From: Candidatus Latescibacterota bacterium
Lineage (GTDB): Bacteria; Latescibacterota; CBDEFO01
NCBI GenBank assembly: GCA_965248755.1
Contig: OZ252149.1
Span: forward strand, 3,168,001 to 3,232,000
Direction of reading: 5' to 3'
DNA: 64,000 bases
Part shown: positions 40,281 to 50,327 of the stretch, in pieces
How the letters are laid out: each line of letters begins with the position of its first letter
How positions within the stretch are numbered: position 1 is the stretch's first letter
The notes under the pieces: model-generated
Told to the model about the DNA's origin: nothing
Seen by the model: only the letters and a program-made list of their open reading frames with translations
Database searches by the model: none
Translations under genes and position numbers: made by a program

Positions 40281-41810
40281 GTGGAGACTACCATATTTGA
40301 AAAAGGAAGAGCCGGGCGCCGCTCGGCAGTCCCGCCCAAACTTAATAGGGACGGAACGGGCAGTGGCTCGGCAAGCAACCCCGAAGTGCACTCTCTAGAG
40401 TCTATTCCCGAAGATATGAGGAGAAAATCGCCTCTCTGTCTCCCGGAGGTAAACGAACTTGAACTCGTAAGGCACTATACCAAGGTCTCCCAACTCAATC
40501 ACAGCATAGATACGGGTTTTTATCCCCTCGGCTCGTGTACGATGAAGTACAACCCCAAGATCAACGATGAGATAGCAAGGCTCGCGGGCTTTGCGGAAGC
40601 TCATCCTATGTGGCCGGAGAGCCTCTGTCAGCCCCTCCTGCAGATATGCTGGGAGTTGGAAGAGTTGTTGTGTCAGATTACGGGCGTCTCTAATTTTTCT
40701 CTTCAGCCATCGGCAGGGGCGCACGGAGAGCTCACCGGGATGCTCATAATAAGGGCTTACCATATAGAAGCGGGGCAGAATAAGACCACCGTCCTTATAC
40801 CTGATTCTGCACACGGGACTAATCCCTCAAGCGCGGCTATGTGCGGTTACAGGGTTAAGGAGGTAAAGTCTAACAAAAGGGGGATGGTGGATTTAGACGA
40901 TCTGAAGCGTGCCTGCGATTCTGATAGTGCAGCGCTGATGCTCACCAATCCCAACACGCTCGGCATATTTGAGGAGGATATATTAGAGATCGCCGATATA
41001 GTCCACAGCAAAGGCGGTCTCTTATACTACGACGGGGCCAACTTGAACGCCCTCCTGGGGAAGTGCCGCCCGGGGGATATGGGCTTCGACGTAGTCCATC
41101 TCAACCTCCATAAATCCTTCTCCACACCTCACGGTGGGGGAGGCCCCGGAGCTGGCCCTGTGGGCGTCAAATCGGAACTTGAGAGGTTTCTGCCCGTCCC
41201 CAGAATTGTCAACTATGCCGCGGCAACTCAGCAAGAAGATAAGTTCCATCTCGATTTCGACCGTCCCTCAACGATAGGGAAGGTGGGCACTTTTTACGGC
41301 AATATTGGAGTCCTCATCAGGGCATACGTCTACATAAGGATGCTCGGATATGAGGGTCTCAAAAGGACAGGTGAAGCTGCAGTCTTAAATGCCAATTATC
41401 TGTTCAAGAAGATGAAAGGCCACTTCGACAGGAAGCTAAATCTGAATCACGAGGACATAGAATACGATACTCAGCCTATGCACGAGTTTGTCCTGTCCGC
41501 AGCAAGGCAGAAAAGAGAAAAGGGCGCCACTGCGCTGCACATCGCCAAGAGGATTATGGACTACGGCTATCATCCGCCCACAGTCTATTTCCCACTGATC
41601 GTCAGAGAGGCGATGATGATCGAACCTACAGAGACAGAGACGCTTGAGACTCTGGACGCTTTTGCAGAGGCTATGATCAAGATAGCCCAGGAAGTGGAAA
41701 GTGATCCCGAATTGGTGAGGTCTGCTCCGCACAATGCTCCCATAGGAAGGCTGGATGACACCAAGGCTGTAAAGGAACCTGTTGTGAGATGGAAGCCAAA
41801 AGATGACTAA
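40281..41810 (+). CDS. gcvPB: Glycine dehydrogenase (decarboxylating) subunit 2
   Basis: PLGSCTMKYNP, QPSAGAHGE, HLNLHKSFSTPHGGGGPG, MIEPTETE. Confidence 0.97.
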   Translation: METTIFEKGRAGRRSAVPPKLNRDGTGSGSASNPEVHSLESIPEDMRRKSPLCLPEVNELELVRHYTKVSQLNHSIDTGFYPLGSCTMKYNPKINDEIARLAGFAEAHPMWPESLCQPLLQICWELEELLCQITGVSNFSLQPSAGAHGELTGMLIIRAYHIEAGQNKTTVLIPDSAHGTNPSSAAMCGYRVKEVKSNKRGMVDLDDLKRACDSDSAALMLTNPNTLGIFEEDILEIADIVHSKGGLLYYDGANLNALLGKCRPGDMGFDVVHLNLHKSFSTPHGGGGPGAGPVGVKSELERFLPVPRIVNYAAATQQEDKFHLDFDRPSTIGKVGTFYGNIGVLIRAYVYIRMLGYEGLKRTGEAAVLNANYLFKKMKGHFDRKLNLNHEDIEYDTQPMHEFVLSAARQKREKGATALHIAKRIMDYGYHPPTVYFPLIVREAMMIEPTETETLETLDAFAEAMIKIAQEVESDPELVRSAPHNAPIGRLDDTKAVKEPVVRWKPKDD

Positions 41811-41909
41811 TTCTGTAACTCTCAACACAGATGTTTACAGCTTTTAGATCTACGATGTATTACACACAGTTTTTCTGCTCTTGCTGTGGAAAGGTAGGTT
41901 TTTAAAGTC

Positions 41910-43074
41910 GTGCAACAGTTTCATCTAAACGAGGTACAAGATTTTCGAGGTTTCGCAGCAGTTTCATCTAAACGAGGTACAAGATTTTCGAGGTTTCGCA
42001 GCTGAAAACAAGCCTGTTGAAATCAAGCAGATAAAGGTATTGACAAGGGCCATGTTGACCTCAGACGTACCACAGTTTCATAGTTATGTAAAACAAATAT
42101 TTAGTGTTTATTTCAGAGACATGAAGATTAGCTCAGGTCTGGTTTACCAGTTCCTGATAATTATCCACAAGGATCTGAGCGCAGATTTGTATCTGAACGG
42201 CCCTCCAATTGTTTTAACCACGCGTCCTAAGAAAGCAGTTTCGGAGGGCGAAATCATATATCTTACTGATGTTGCAGACGTACTGAAACTAGGTTTCGAA
42301 GATGTAACCCTTTCAGAAACAGACAAAGTAATTTGCTGCTTCAAGGTTGATTGGAAGTTTGCGCTACTTTTTGATTTTCGGGCCAACGGGAAGTTGGATG
42401 TTGATAAAATCTATACTGAACTGGCCTCGTTGTATCGGTACCTATCCTTTCAAGGTGTGTACGAAGCATTTGAACCACGAGCACAGTATGAAGAAATCAA
42501 GAAGCGCGGATGGTTTCCGTTCGTAGAAATCTTGGATGAATATGATAGCTTGATTAAGGTTTATGATGATAAGTTTGCTTTTGAGGGAAAACTGAGTGAA
42601 CTCTTGAATAGGTTTGACAAGGATCGAATTAACAAGATTACCGGAAGATGGTGGGCACACAAAGCATTCAAAGAAAAGGAAAAGATGTTGAAGGCCGGCA
42701 TTAATGCGTTTTTGCGGGGAGATGATGAAGGCTACATACAAAGCATCAAAACTCTGTATACCGAAATAGAGGGAATTCTTCTCTTTCATTATTTTCGTGA
42801 AACGGGAAAGGGATCGATGAAGATGTCGGACTTGCTTGATTATGTTTTGCAGAAAGGTCGTGTTAAATCGGGTTCGGATCAATCTTTCTTTTTCCCTCTA
42901 AAGTTCTTCGAATATCTAAGAGATGTGCTTTTTGCTGACTTCGATTTGGAAAGTCAGAAAACTGATATTTCTCGACACACTGTGTCTCACGGTGTTGCAG
43001 ATGTTGGTGACTACACAAAGGAACGTGCTGTTCAGGCAATTCTTATTCTGGATCAAATATACTTCTATTTATAA
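41910..43074 (+). CDS. Low-GC hypothetical protein with a C-terminal RxxxxH (HEPN-like) motif; 5' end frameshifted by a 43-bp tandem duplication
   Basis: ORF 42040-43074 ends ISRHTVSHG...AILILDQI; duplication at 41916-41958/41959-42001. Confidence 0.65.
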
Positions 43075-43165
43075 CCCTATGTCCTTGCACAAAGACTTCT
43101 GTATTTTACGTCCTCCCAGCAACAATACATGTCAGCTGTACTGCTTCCCAGGAAAGCGACACCAA

Positions 43166-44029
43166 TTAAGCAACCTGGGGTAGTAGATAAAATTGTTTTC
43201 TCCACTCTTTTGGGGTCTTATATCCCAGGGATGAATGAAGCCTGTTCTTGTTGTAATTATCGATCCACTGAGATATGATCTTCTCAGCCTGTTCAAAGGA
43301 TTCAAACTTGTGAAGCCAAACACACTCTTGCTTGAGGGTCCTGAAAAAACGCTCTACAACACCGTTCCAATCGGGTTTACCACTTGGTATGTATTCCTGA
43401 CGAATTCCCCAATATTCGGTACTGGCCAAATAGGCCCGAGCCAAAAAGATGGAACCATTGTCAGAGCGCAAAGTGAGACCCTGGGGGACAGCCTCCTTGG
43501 AAGTGTATCGAGAGATCACGGCCCGATCCAGGGCATCTGTGGCCTCCAGTGCCCTCCCTTTTCGACTAAAACGATACCCAGGAACCTCCCGGCTTCCGTT
43601 GTCCACCACCGCAATAAGAGGACACCAACCATCTTTTCCACAGTAAATCTTTGTCAAGTCACTCGACCACAAACTGTCGGGACTATCCACCACAGAACGC
43701 TTCTGGGCAACCTGTGGCCCCTTTCTCCCGGGACGATTCCACAGCTTACACTGCCACCCCTTAAGCTTCATTATCCTATGAACCTTCTTAACGTTGACAC
43801 ATTCCCCTTCCTTGAAACGAAGATGCGCCCAAACCCGCCTGTGACCAAATGCCTCTTCTTGGTCCAGTATCCCTCGAATACGAAAAGCAAGCTCCTCATC
43901 TATCACAGGCTCTTTAACAGAAGAACTGACACCTCTATCCCTAAACCTATACAGAGTCGAACGATGCAAACCCAAAGCCAAAGCTACCACCTTGCGGGAA
44001 TAGCCTCGACCCAAAAACCGCCCACTCAA
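43166..44029 (-). CDS. IS3-family transposase OrfB (DDE integrase core)
   Basis: WSSDLT, LRSDNGS.F, PDWNGVVERFFRTLKQE, YN..RLHSSLGYKTP. Confidence 0.93.
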   Translation of the reverse strand: MSGRFLGRGYSRKVVALALGLHRSTLYRFRDRGVSSSVKEPVIDEELAFRIRGILDQEEAFGHRRVWAHLRFKEGECVNVKKVHRIMKLKGWQCKLWNRPGRKGPQVAQKRSVVDSPDSLWSSDLTKIYCGKDGWCPLIAVVDNGSREVPGYRFSRKGRALEATDALDRAVISRYTSKEAVPQGLTLRSDNGSIFLARAYLASTEYWGIRQEYIPSGKPDWNGVVERFFRTLKQECVWLHKFESFEQAEKIISQWIDNYNKNRLHSSLGYKTPKEWRKQFYLLPQVA

Positions 44030-44355
44030 GGCAACCGCTTCGTTTTTTTTAGACGGGCTACCTCTTCGAGTATCTCCAACTGGAGCGTCAACTGCCCTAC
44101 CTTGCGCTCCAACCGGCTAACCTCTCGCTCCTTCGGATCCTTGCGACCACGCCGAGACTTCAGACTCTCCTGGCCCCCTTCTAAGAAACTATCACGCCAA
44201 GCATACGCCTGCGACTGGCTAATTCCATTCTTACGACACACCTCAGATAGATCTGCTCCTCTCAAAAGAGCCAACACAATCTCTCCCTTACGGGTCGCCG
44301 TCCAGCGCTTACCATCTTTCACTTCGGGGCTCGACACCTTGACCTCCCTTCTCAA
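44026..44355 (-). CDS. IS3-family OrfA (HTH)
   Basis: RWTA.RK..IVL.LL.G......CRK.GIS....Y.WR..FL; A8 slippery run at 44043-44050 for -1 frameshifting. Confidence 0.9.
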   Translation of the reverse strand: MRREVKVSSPEVKDGKRWTATRKGEIVLALLRGADLSEVCRKNGISQSQAYAWRDSFLEGGQESLKSRRGRKDPKEREVSRLERKVGQLTLQLEILEEVARLKKTKRLP

Positions 44356-44516
44356 ACCCCAATTTGCGAAATATTTGTCGCTCTGTCAAGGGGAGCGGTA
44401 TGCAGCTCAACTCCTCTGCTTCCAGCTACTCCAGTCGTCCCACAATCTCTCGAAGCCTACATCCGTAAGTGGGGGCTTCGCCAACTTCCGTGTCATCTCA
44501 AGAAGCGAAAACGTTG

Positions 44517-44545
44517 TTGACAGTGTGAATTCCTTTGTGTATAAT
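44517..44545 (+). promoter_or_regulatory. Consensus sigma70 promoter of the TA operon
   Basis: TTGACA-17bp-TATAAT; AAGGAGGT RBS follows. Confidence 0.85.
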
Positions 44546-44574
44546 TTATGTGTAATAATTAAGGAGGTGGCTCT

Positions 44575-44829
44575 ATGGCGAATGATAATAAGAGAAGACG
44601 CATAGATATCTCATTGCCGGAGAAAACTATCAAACTGATTGACCGGATCTGGCCGCAAGAGGGGTTCAGGTCTCGCAGCGCATTCATAGATGAGGCAGCG
44701 CAACGATATACAATACGAATGCAAAAGGCGAATGTTAAACGCAGTTTGAGAGCTGGCTATCGGGCTCGCGCCGAGCGGGATCTGGAGGTGGTGGGGGAGT
44801 GGGAAGCAGCGAACACTGGGGTTCTGTAG
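44575..44829 (+). CDS. Ribbon-helix-helix antitoxin (MazE/NdoAI-like)
   Basis: RIDISLPE...RSAFI.EA...LRAGY; upstream of the mazF-type toxin. Confidence 0.85.
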   Translation: MANDNKRRRIDISLPEKTIKLIDRIWPQEGFRSRSAFIDEAAQRYTIRMQKANVKRSLRAGYRARAERDLEVVGEWEAANTGVL

Positions 44830-44861
44830 GACAGAGCAGACAGAAAGATAGGGAATAATCG

Positions 44862-45212
44862 ATGGCCTATCCTAAACGTGGGTCTGTGTACCTGGTGAAC
44901 CTCGACCCCACGATTGGGTCAGAGATCAAAAAGACTCGGCCTGCTGTTATTATCCAAAATGATGTCGGCAATCAGTACAGCCCTGTAACTATCGTGGCGC
45001 CGATTACCAGCGGCGAAAGAGCTGCCTATACCGGAGAAGTGGAAGTGAAAGCCCCAGAAGAGAATCTTGGAATTAATTCGCTAATCTTACTAAGTCAAAT
45101 TCGCGCCATTGATAAAGATCGGCTGGTTAAATACCTGGGCAGCCTGGACTCAGATACCATGCGGAGGGTCGATCGAGCAATCTTCATAAGCCTGGGTTTG
45201 ATTCCAACATAA
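44862..45212 (+). CDS. mazF: PemK/MazF-family endoribonuclease toxin
   Basis: RG.VYLVNLDPTIGSEIKKTRPAVIIQND, QIRAIDK.RL. Confidence 0.93.
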   Translation: MAYPKRGSVYLVNLDPTIGSEIKKTRPAVIIQNDVGNQYSPVTIVAPITSGERAAYTGEVEVKAPEENLGINSLILLSQIRAIDKDRLVKYLGSLDSDTMRRVDRAIFISLGLIPT

Positions 45213-45345
45213 AGCGTTTGAGAAACTGATAAGGTGTATGAAGTGAACCCATTTTTCTGAGCATGAAATCGGACAAGTTAAGCAAGTGTTTCGCGGTGGT
45301 TTCAGCGACTACCAAAGAGGATTTTCCTTTTCATGGGGATCGAAC

Positions 45346-46851
45346 TTATGCCCTTCTTTTCGATATGGCCTTTTCGTAGAGCTGGATGTACTTCTTGGCG
45401 GAGGATTCCCACGAGAAATCTTTTGACATAGCGCTTTGCATTATGTTTTTCCACGCATCCTTATTCTGATAAGTCCCGACAGCCCTAAATATTGCCTCCA
45501 ACATCGCATCGGGAGAGTAGTCGCTGAAGACAAAGCCAGTGCCCTTTCCTGTCTTTTGATCGTAATCGTCTATCGTATCGGCGAGTCCTCCTGTCCTCCT
45601 GACTATAGGAATCGTGCCGTATTTGAGGCTGTAGAGCTGGTTCAAGCCGCACGGTTCAAATCTGGACGGCATCAAAAACATATCGGATCCGGCCTCTATC
45701 AGGTGAGCTAATCTATTGTCGAAGGCCAGATTTACTTTGATCTTCTCTGGGTACTCCTTCTCAAGCTTTTGCAGCATGTCGTGGTACTTCTTCTGCCCTG
45801 TCCCGAGGACTATCACCTGCAAATCCTGCGACATCATCTTATCGGCGGCTTTTTCTATAAGATCGAATCCCTTCTGATCCGCAAGTCTGGATATTATTCC
45901 GATAAGTGGCACGTCTTCCTTTAAGATCGGCAAGCCGTTCTGCTTTAACAGTTCCTCTTTATTTTTCCTCTTTCCCGAAAGATCGTCCGGCGCATAGTTG
46001 AAAGGTATCAGTTGATCTACGGCTGGATTCCAGATAGAGTAGTCGATCCCGTTCACTATCCCGTGCAGATCTTCAGACCTGTCCTTAAGCAAGCCCTCCA
46101 GACCGTAGCCGAACTCCTCTGCCGTTTGAATCTCTTCTGAATAGCGTCGGCTTACGGTGTTCAAGACATCGGCATAGACTATGCCCGCCTTCATAAAGTT
46201 GAACTTTCCCCAGAACTCGAAAGGACTCAGGGGATAGAACGCGTCCTCTGGAAAGCCAGTAAGCGACAGCGCTTTTTTCGGATAGATCCCCTGATATTGG
46301 AGATTGTGAATGGTGTAGAGAGTTGAGATATCCCTGTAGAACTGGTTATCGCTGTAAAGGGTTTTGAGATACGCCGGTATCAATCCCGTCTGGTAATCGT
46401 TGCAGTGAATAACATCGGGCTTCCAGTCCAGAGCCTCGATGAAGGACAGAAGGGCGCGCATAAAGAATATATATCTTTCGTGGTTATCTCTATAACCCTC
46501 CCCAGTCTTGGGATCGTTGTAAATGCCCTTTCTGGAGAAGTACTCCGTGTTTTCGATGAAATACGTCTCCACACAAGAGCCGGGCAATTGTGCCTTCCAA
46601 AGGGAAGCAGACGTGTGTTTAGAACCCATAGATATCTTAGTATCAGGGATCTCATCAACTTTAGAAAGCTCGAGCTCCTCATCGTCGATAGAACCGTACT
46701 TAGGTATGAAGACGATTATTTCCGCACCTGACACCTTCAAGGCCTTCGGGAGCGCGCCTGCCACATCCGCAAGCCCTCCTGCCTTCGCAAAGGGAGCCGC
46801 CTCAGCGGAGGCGAAGCAGACTCTCAGTGATGTCTTCTCTGCATGTTCCAT
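45346..46851 (-). CDS. glgA: Glycogen synthase
   Basis: E.APFAKAGGLADV, HCNDYQT, TIHNLQYQG, SRL..QKG, PSRFEPCGLNQ, RTGGLADT. Confidence 0.96.
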   Translation of the reverse strand: MEHAEKTSLRVCFASAEAAPFAKAGGLADVAGALPKALKVSGAEIIVFIPKYGSIDDEELELSKVDEIPDTKISMGSKHTSASLWKAQLPGSCVETYFIENTEYFSRKGIYNDPKTGEGYRDNHERYIFFMRALLSFIEALDWKPDVIHCNDYQTGLIPAYLKTLYSDNQFYRDISTLYTIHNLQYQGIYPKKALSLTGFPEDAFYPLSPFEFWGKFNFMKAGIVYADVLNTVSRRYSEEIQTAEEFGYGLEGLLKDRSEDLHGIVNGIDYSIWNPAVDQLIPFNYAPDDLSGKRKNKEELLKQNGLPILKEDVPLIGIISRLADQKGFDLIEKAADKMMSQDLQVIVLGTGQKKYHDMLQKLEKEYPEKIKVNLAFDNRLAHLIEAGSDMFLMPSRFEPCGLNQLYSLKYGTIPIVRRTGGLADTIDDYDQKTGKGTGFVFSDYSPDAMLEAIFRAVGTYQNKDAWKNIMQSAMSKDFSWESSAKKYIQLYEKAISKRRA

Positions 46852-47050
46852 ATGGTATTGTGGCTAAAATAGGAAAGACAGTGGCAGGCTACTTGATCTT
46901 CGAATGAATCTATCGGAGTTTGAATATAGCTGGTCTGCTTGAGTTAGGTGCTAAGCACCGCAGTCACACGAGGATGCCCCATGCTCACCTGTATATTGCA
47001 CAATTTGCCGCGGCTATGCAAGTTTAGGTGGATGGGACCGATGTTCCGTC

Positions 47051-48043
47051 TTATGAGTATAAATGAGCCACATAATCCGCGTAGCCGTTGTACAACTGCG
47101 TAGGTATGAAATCGTAGCTGACCCTTTTGTTAGAGATAAAACGTTCTTCCGCCTGGGACCACCGGGGGTGTGGCACATTCGGATTGACATTGGCCCAGAA
47201 GTCGTACTCCCGAGGGACTAATGTATTCCAGAAAGTTGCGGGCTTATAGTCAGTAAACTCAATGCGTACGATCGACTTGATGCTCTTAAAGCCGTACTTC
47301 CAGGGTACGACCAGCCGGATGGGTGCGCCGTGCTGTTTGGGCAGTTCGTGGCCATAGATGCCTGTCGCAAGCAGCGTCAACTCGTTCATTGCCTCTTCCA
47401 TAGTTAGCGCTTCCTCGTAAGGCCAGGGATATGCGGGGCGATTCCACTGTCCATCCGCCTCACGTGGATTGAGGAAGGTAGTCATTTTGACATACCTGGC
47501 GGAAGATAGGGGTTCTACCTCCTTAATAAGGGCCGTCATAGGAAAACCTGTCCACGGCAGGGCCATAGACCATGCTTCCACACAACGGAGGCGATAGAGC
47601 CGCTCTTCCAATGGCATATTACGGATGAGATCGTCGATATCATAAGTCTTCGGGTTATTGACCTTCCCCGTCACTTCGACCTTCCAGGGATCGATAGTAA
47701 ACTTGTCTATCTTTCTCCATACAGACTTATCAAAGGAAAATTCGTAGAAGTTATTGTACTGAGCGGCCAGGTTTTCTAAGGTCAGGGGGCGATCCAGCGT
47801 ATAGACCTCGTTATGAGGCGCAGGATAGAGACTCTCTTCGACCTCGGAAGAGCCCTCTTCTTCTGTGGAGCTACCGGGGGATTCTACAAACGGTTCAAAA
47901 CTACTTTCGCTGCTGCACCCCGTCCACAGTCCCGCAGCACCCAGACTCGTAATCCCCATGGCCTTGAGAAAACGCCGCCTATTTATGTAGACATCTTCCG
48001 GTGTGGCTTCTCTTTCTGGAATCTCCCAGCCTCTTCGTGGCAT
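47051..48043 (-). CDS. msrP: Molybdoenzyme methionine-sulfoxide reductase catalytic subunit
   Basis: Tat motif RRRFLK, YNNFYEF, LRCVEAWSM, GAPIRLVVPWKYGFKSIKSIV, NP.VPHPRWSQA.E. Confidence 0.95.
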   Translation of the reverse strand: MPRRGWEIPEREATPEDVYINRRRFLKAMGITSLGAAGLWTGCSSESSFEPFVESPGSSTEEEGSSEVEESLYPAPHNEVYTLDRPLTLENLAAQYNNFYEFSFDKSVWRKIDKFTIDPWKVEVTGKVNNPKTYDIDDLIRNMPLEERLYRLRCVEAWSMALPWTGFPMTALIKEVEPLSSARYVKMTTFLNPREADGQWNRPAYPWPYEEALTMEEAMNELTLLATGIYGHELPKQHGAPIRLVVPWKYGFKSIKSIVRIEFTDYKPATFWNTLVPREYDFWANVNPNVPHPRWSQAEERFISNKRVSYDFIPTQLYNGYADYVAHLYS

Positions 48044-48347
48044 GTTGCACTCCTTTTATATGATCTCAGCTGCTGTGGCTGATGCAGATTAAGATGCAGA
48101 TTAAGGTGTAAAAGTATCAAAAACGCATCTTCTCATTTGGCGATGATCTCCCCAAAAGATAAGATACCTGGAATGGCGAAAGGTTGCATTTTCTTTGCAT
48201 TCCTGACATGTTGAGAGACTTTGAAGACACCAGATAAGCAGGTCATTCCCGAATGTGTTTCTGCCGCCGTTTGCGAAGCAAATGGGAAAGCTTTGGACGA
48301 TTCGAGGCAATTAATGCGGGCTACAGGATAAGACCGGACGCTTAATC

Positions 48348-49244
48348 TTACCTCTTAAGAGCCACCCCCAGCGACATGGTGCTCCCTGCGGTTGTGTTGC
48401 AGCCGGATGCAGTATGGACGATTTCCAAACTTAGCTCGACGTTATCTCTTAAGAGATATGTCACGCCGGGCGACAGTTTCAGGATATTCTGGTCCCCGAT
48501 CAGATTGGCCTGTCCCATCGCTCCGCACGTACCGAGTGTTCTCACACCCGTTACCAGCCCTTTTATTAGAAAGCGATTTACAGCAAGACCCACCTCCAGG
48601 GCATAGAAAATTTCATTGCTGAACGGGCCGCCCCGGATCCGGTAGCCGAACTCTCCGGTCGAGTATCCTGGAACGGGATAAAAGGACCGTCCTAAGAGGA
48701 GGCGGATATCTGTATCCACTTTGGTGGTGCCCAGGGGTACACGGGTGTCGTCATCTACTTCGTACCCCGTAGGGAATTTGCCACCCAGGGCAATCGAAGT
48801 GACAAGGGGCTGGTTCATCAATCCCCGTCGAAGTCTCACTTCCAGATCGCTGAAACCGGTGACTCTCTCTGTCCCGATACCAGTTTCCCGGCCGCTCAAG
48901 TCTGTAAAGGTGCGGGAATCGGAGAGTCGCTTGTAGGGCATCGTAGCTACAAGGGTCAGATGGTCCAGAACCCCGTATTCCAGATATGCCGATAAATTAA
49001 GGTCCTTCAGTGTCCCCATCCCCGGCTTTGGAACCTCATGTCCACCTGAATCGAGGTTATCCGTTGATTTCAGGTAATTTGTTGCAATCTTGAAGTAGTA
49101 GCCGTTCTTCTGCTGAGTCCACGCCCCGGCAAACGCCGGAGAACTGAATGACAGCCACACTGCACAGATATAAGAAACGAGAAGAAATCGATTAACTATA
49201 ATACGGTTCACCTCCTCTGGTTTAGGATATTCTCCTTCATTCAA
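48348..49244 (-). CDS. Exported beta-barrel-like hypothetical protein (start uncertain)
   Basis: AFAGAWTQ signal-cleavage region, Y.EYG, alternating beta-strands. Confidence 0.65.
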   Translation of the reverse strand: MNEGEYPKPEEVNRIIVNRFLLVSYICAVWLSFSSPAFAGAWTQQKNGYYFKIATNYLKSTDNLDSGGHEVPKPGMGTLKDLNLSAYLEYGVLDHLTLVATMPYKRLSDSRTFTDLSGRETGIGTERVTGFSDLEVRLRRGLMNQPLVTSIALGGKFPTGYEVDDDTRVPLGTTKVDTDIRLLLGRSFYPVPGYSTGEFGYRIRGGPFSNEIFYALEVGLAVNRFLIKGLVTGVRTLGTCGAMGQANLIGDQNILKLSPGVTYLLRDNVELSLEIVHTASGCNTTAGSTMSLGVALKR

Positions 49245-49264
49245 AATATAATCAAAAGATGCCT

Positions 49265-49870
49265 CTAAGACGGAAGCAAAAAGCCAAGAACTGCAATGTA
49301 GATCGGACCGATTATCTTATTTATAAGTCCCAAAAATAGAGCTGCAAAGATTATCAACATCCCGTACCGCTCCAGACGGGCATATGACGCCGCAAGATCT
49401 TGGGGCAGTAGCCCCATCAGTATCTTGGATCCGTCCAGAGGCGGGATCGGCATAAGATTAAAGACCGCAAGTATGACGTTGATGGCACATGCGTAGAAGA
49501 GGATTTGAGACAGAAAGGCATTTCCGTATCCGATCTGGCCGATAAGAATAGCTGAGACCACCGCCATTCCGATATTAGATGCCGGGCCTGCCGCTGCCAC
49601 CAGCATCATATCCTTTTCTCTGTTGCGCAGATTATACGGGTTCACAGGCACGGGCTTTGCCCATCCGAAGAGAACTCCCGCATTTGATATGACCAGCACC
49701 AGCGGCAGAATTATCGTTCCTACTATATCTATGTGCGGTACCGGATTTAGCGTTAGCCTCCCCGCATCTCTTGCAGTCGTATCTCCTCTCAGAAGAGCCA
49801 CGTAACCGTGCGCAAATTCGTGTACTACCACAGAAAAGAAAAGGACTGTAAGCTTGAACGCCATTTCCAT
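49265..49870 (-). CDS. Site-2 protease family protein (M50, YwhC-like)
   Basis: HEFAHG, GRLTLNP, FGWAKPVP, AGP.SN, FNL.PIPPLDG. Confidence 0.93.
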   Translation of the reverse strand: MEMAFKLTVLFFSVVVHEFAHGYVALLRGDTTARDAGRLTLNPVPHIDIVGTIILPLVLVISNAGVLFGWAKPVPVNPYNLRNREKDMMLVAAAGPASNIGMAVVSAILIGQIGYGNAFLSQILFYACAINVILAVFNLMPIPPLDGSKILMGLLPQDLAASYARLERYGMLIIFAALFLGLINKIIGPIYIAVLGFLLPS

Positions 49871-50131
49871 TTGCTACATCCTCAAAATTAGCAATGTTGC
49901 CAAAAGTAGCACCGCCGGTTACATACACATCACCGACGCCTATTATACTCGATCCAACCTTATTGAGAAAATACAAAAAGGCGGGAACAAAATCAAGGAA
50001 AATGTCCACGTCAGGCTTTCATTATTGACATAAAGGGAGAAATTGAATATATTTGGGGTTGTAAAACAGAGGTGTCAATGTTTCTAGATACCACATCAAG
50101 GAATGGCACTAAAATTCAGCGATAAAGGAAT

Positions 50132-50229
50132 GTAGGGGCAGGGTTCCCCTGCCCTTGGGGCGAGTAGTCCCCGATCCCCGATAGATCCCCGATAGAAGCA
50201 ATCAGGGATCTATCGGGGATCGCCCCTAC
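50132..50229. repeat. GTAGGGGC...GCCCCTAC REP-like pair containing a nested CCCCGA...TCGGGG insert
   Basis: GTAGGGGCAGGGTTCCCCTGCCC ... GGGCGAG[nested hairpins 50169-50219]TCGCCCCTAC. Confidence 0.8.
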
Positions 50230-50327
50230 ACGATGTTGGATCAGTATTAGATAACCTTGACGGTATACCAGACTTAGTGCCATCTCACAATGTGATGTCT
50301 ATATATCCTTTAACTTTAGGAAACTCT

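Larger units (their letters stand above)
43137..44402 (-). mobile_element. IS3-family insertion sequence (1266 bp) with a CAGC target duplication
   Basis: orfA+orfB; imperfect IRs TGTACTGCTTCCCAGGAAAGCGACA / CATACCGCTCCCCTTGACAGAGCGACA; CAGC at 43133-43136 and 44403-44406. Confidence 0.92.

Noticed and set aside
41916..42001. Possible CRISPR repeat
   Set aside because: Two directly adjacent copies with no spacer and no cas genes; the unit is coding sequence
43235..44605. 456-aa plus-strand ORF
   Set aside because: Antisense shadow of IS3 orfA/orfB with no recognisable motifs
45238..45280. TGAAGTGAACCC... resembling an IS end
   Set aside because: No partner end or transposase sequence nearby
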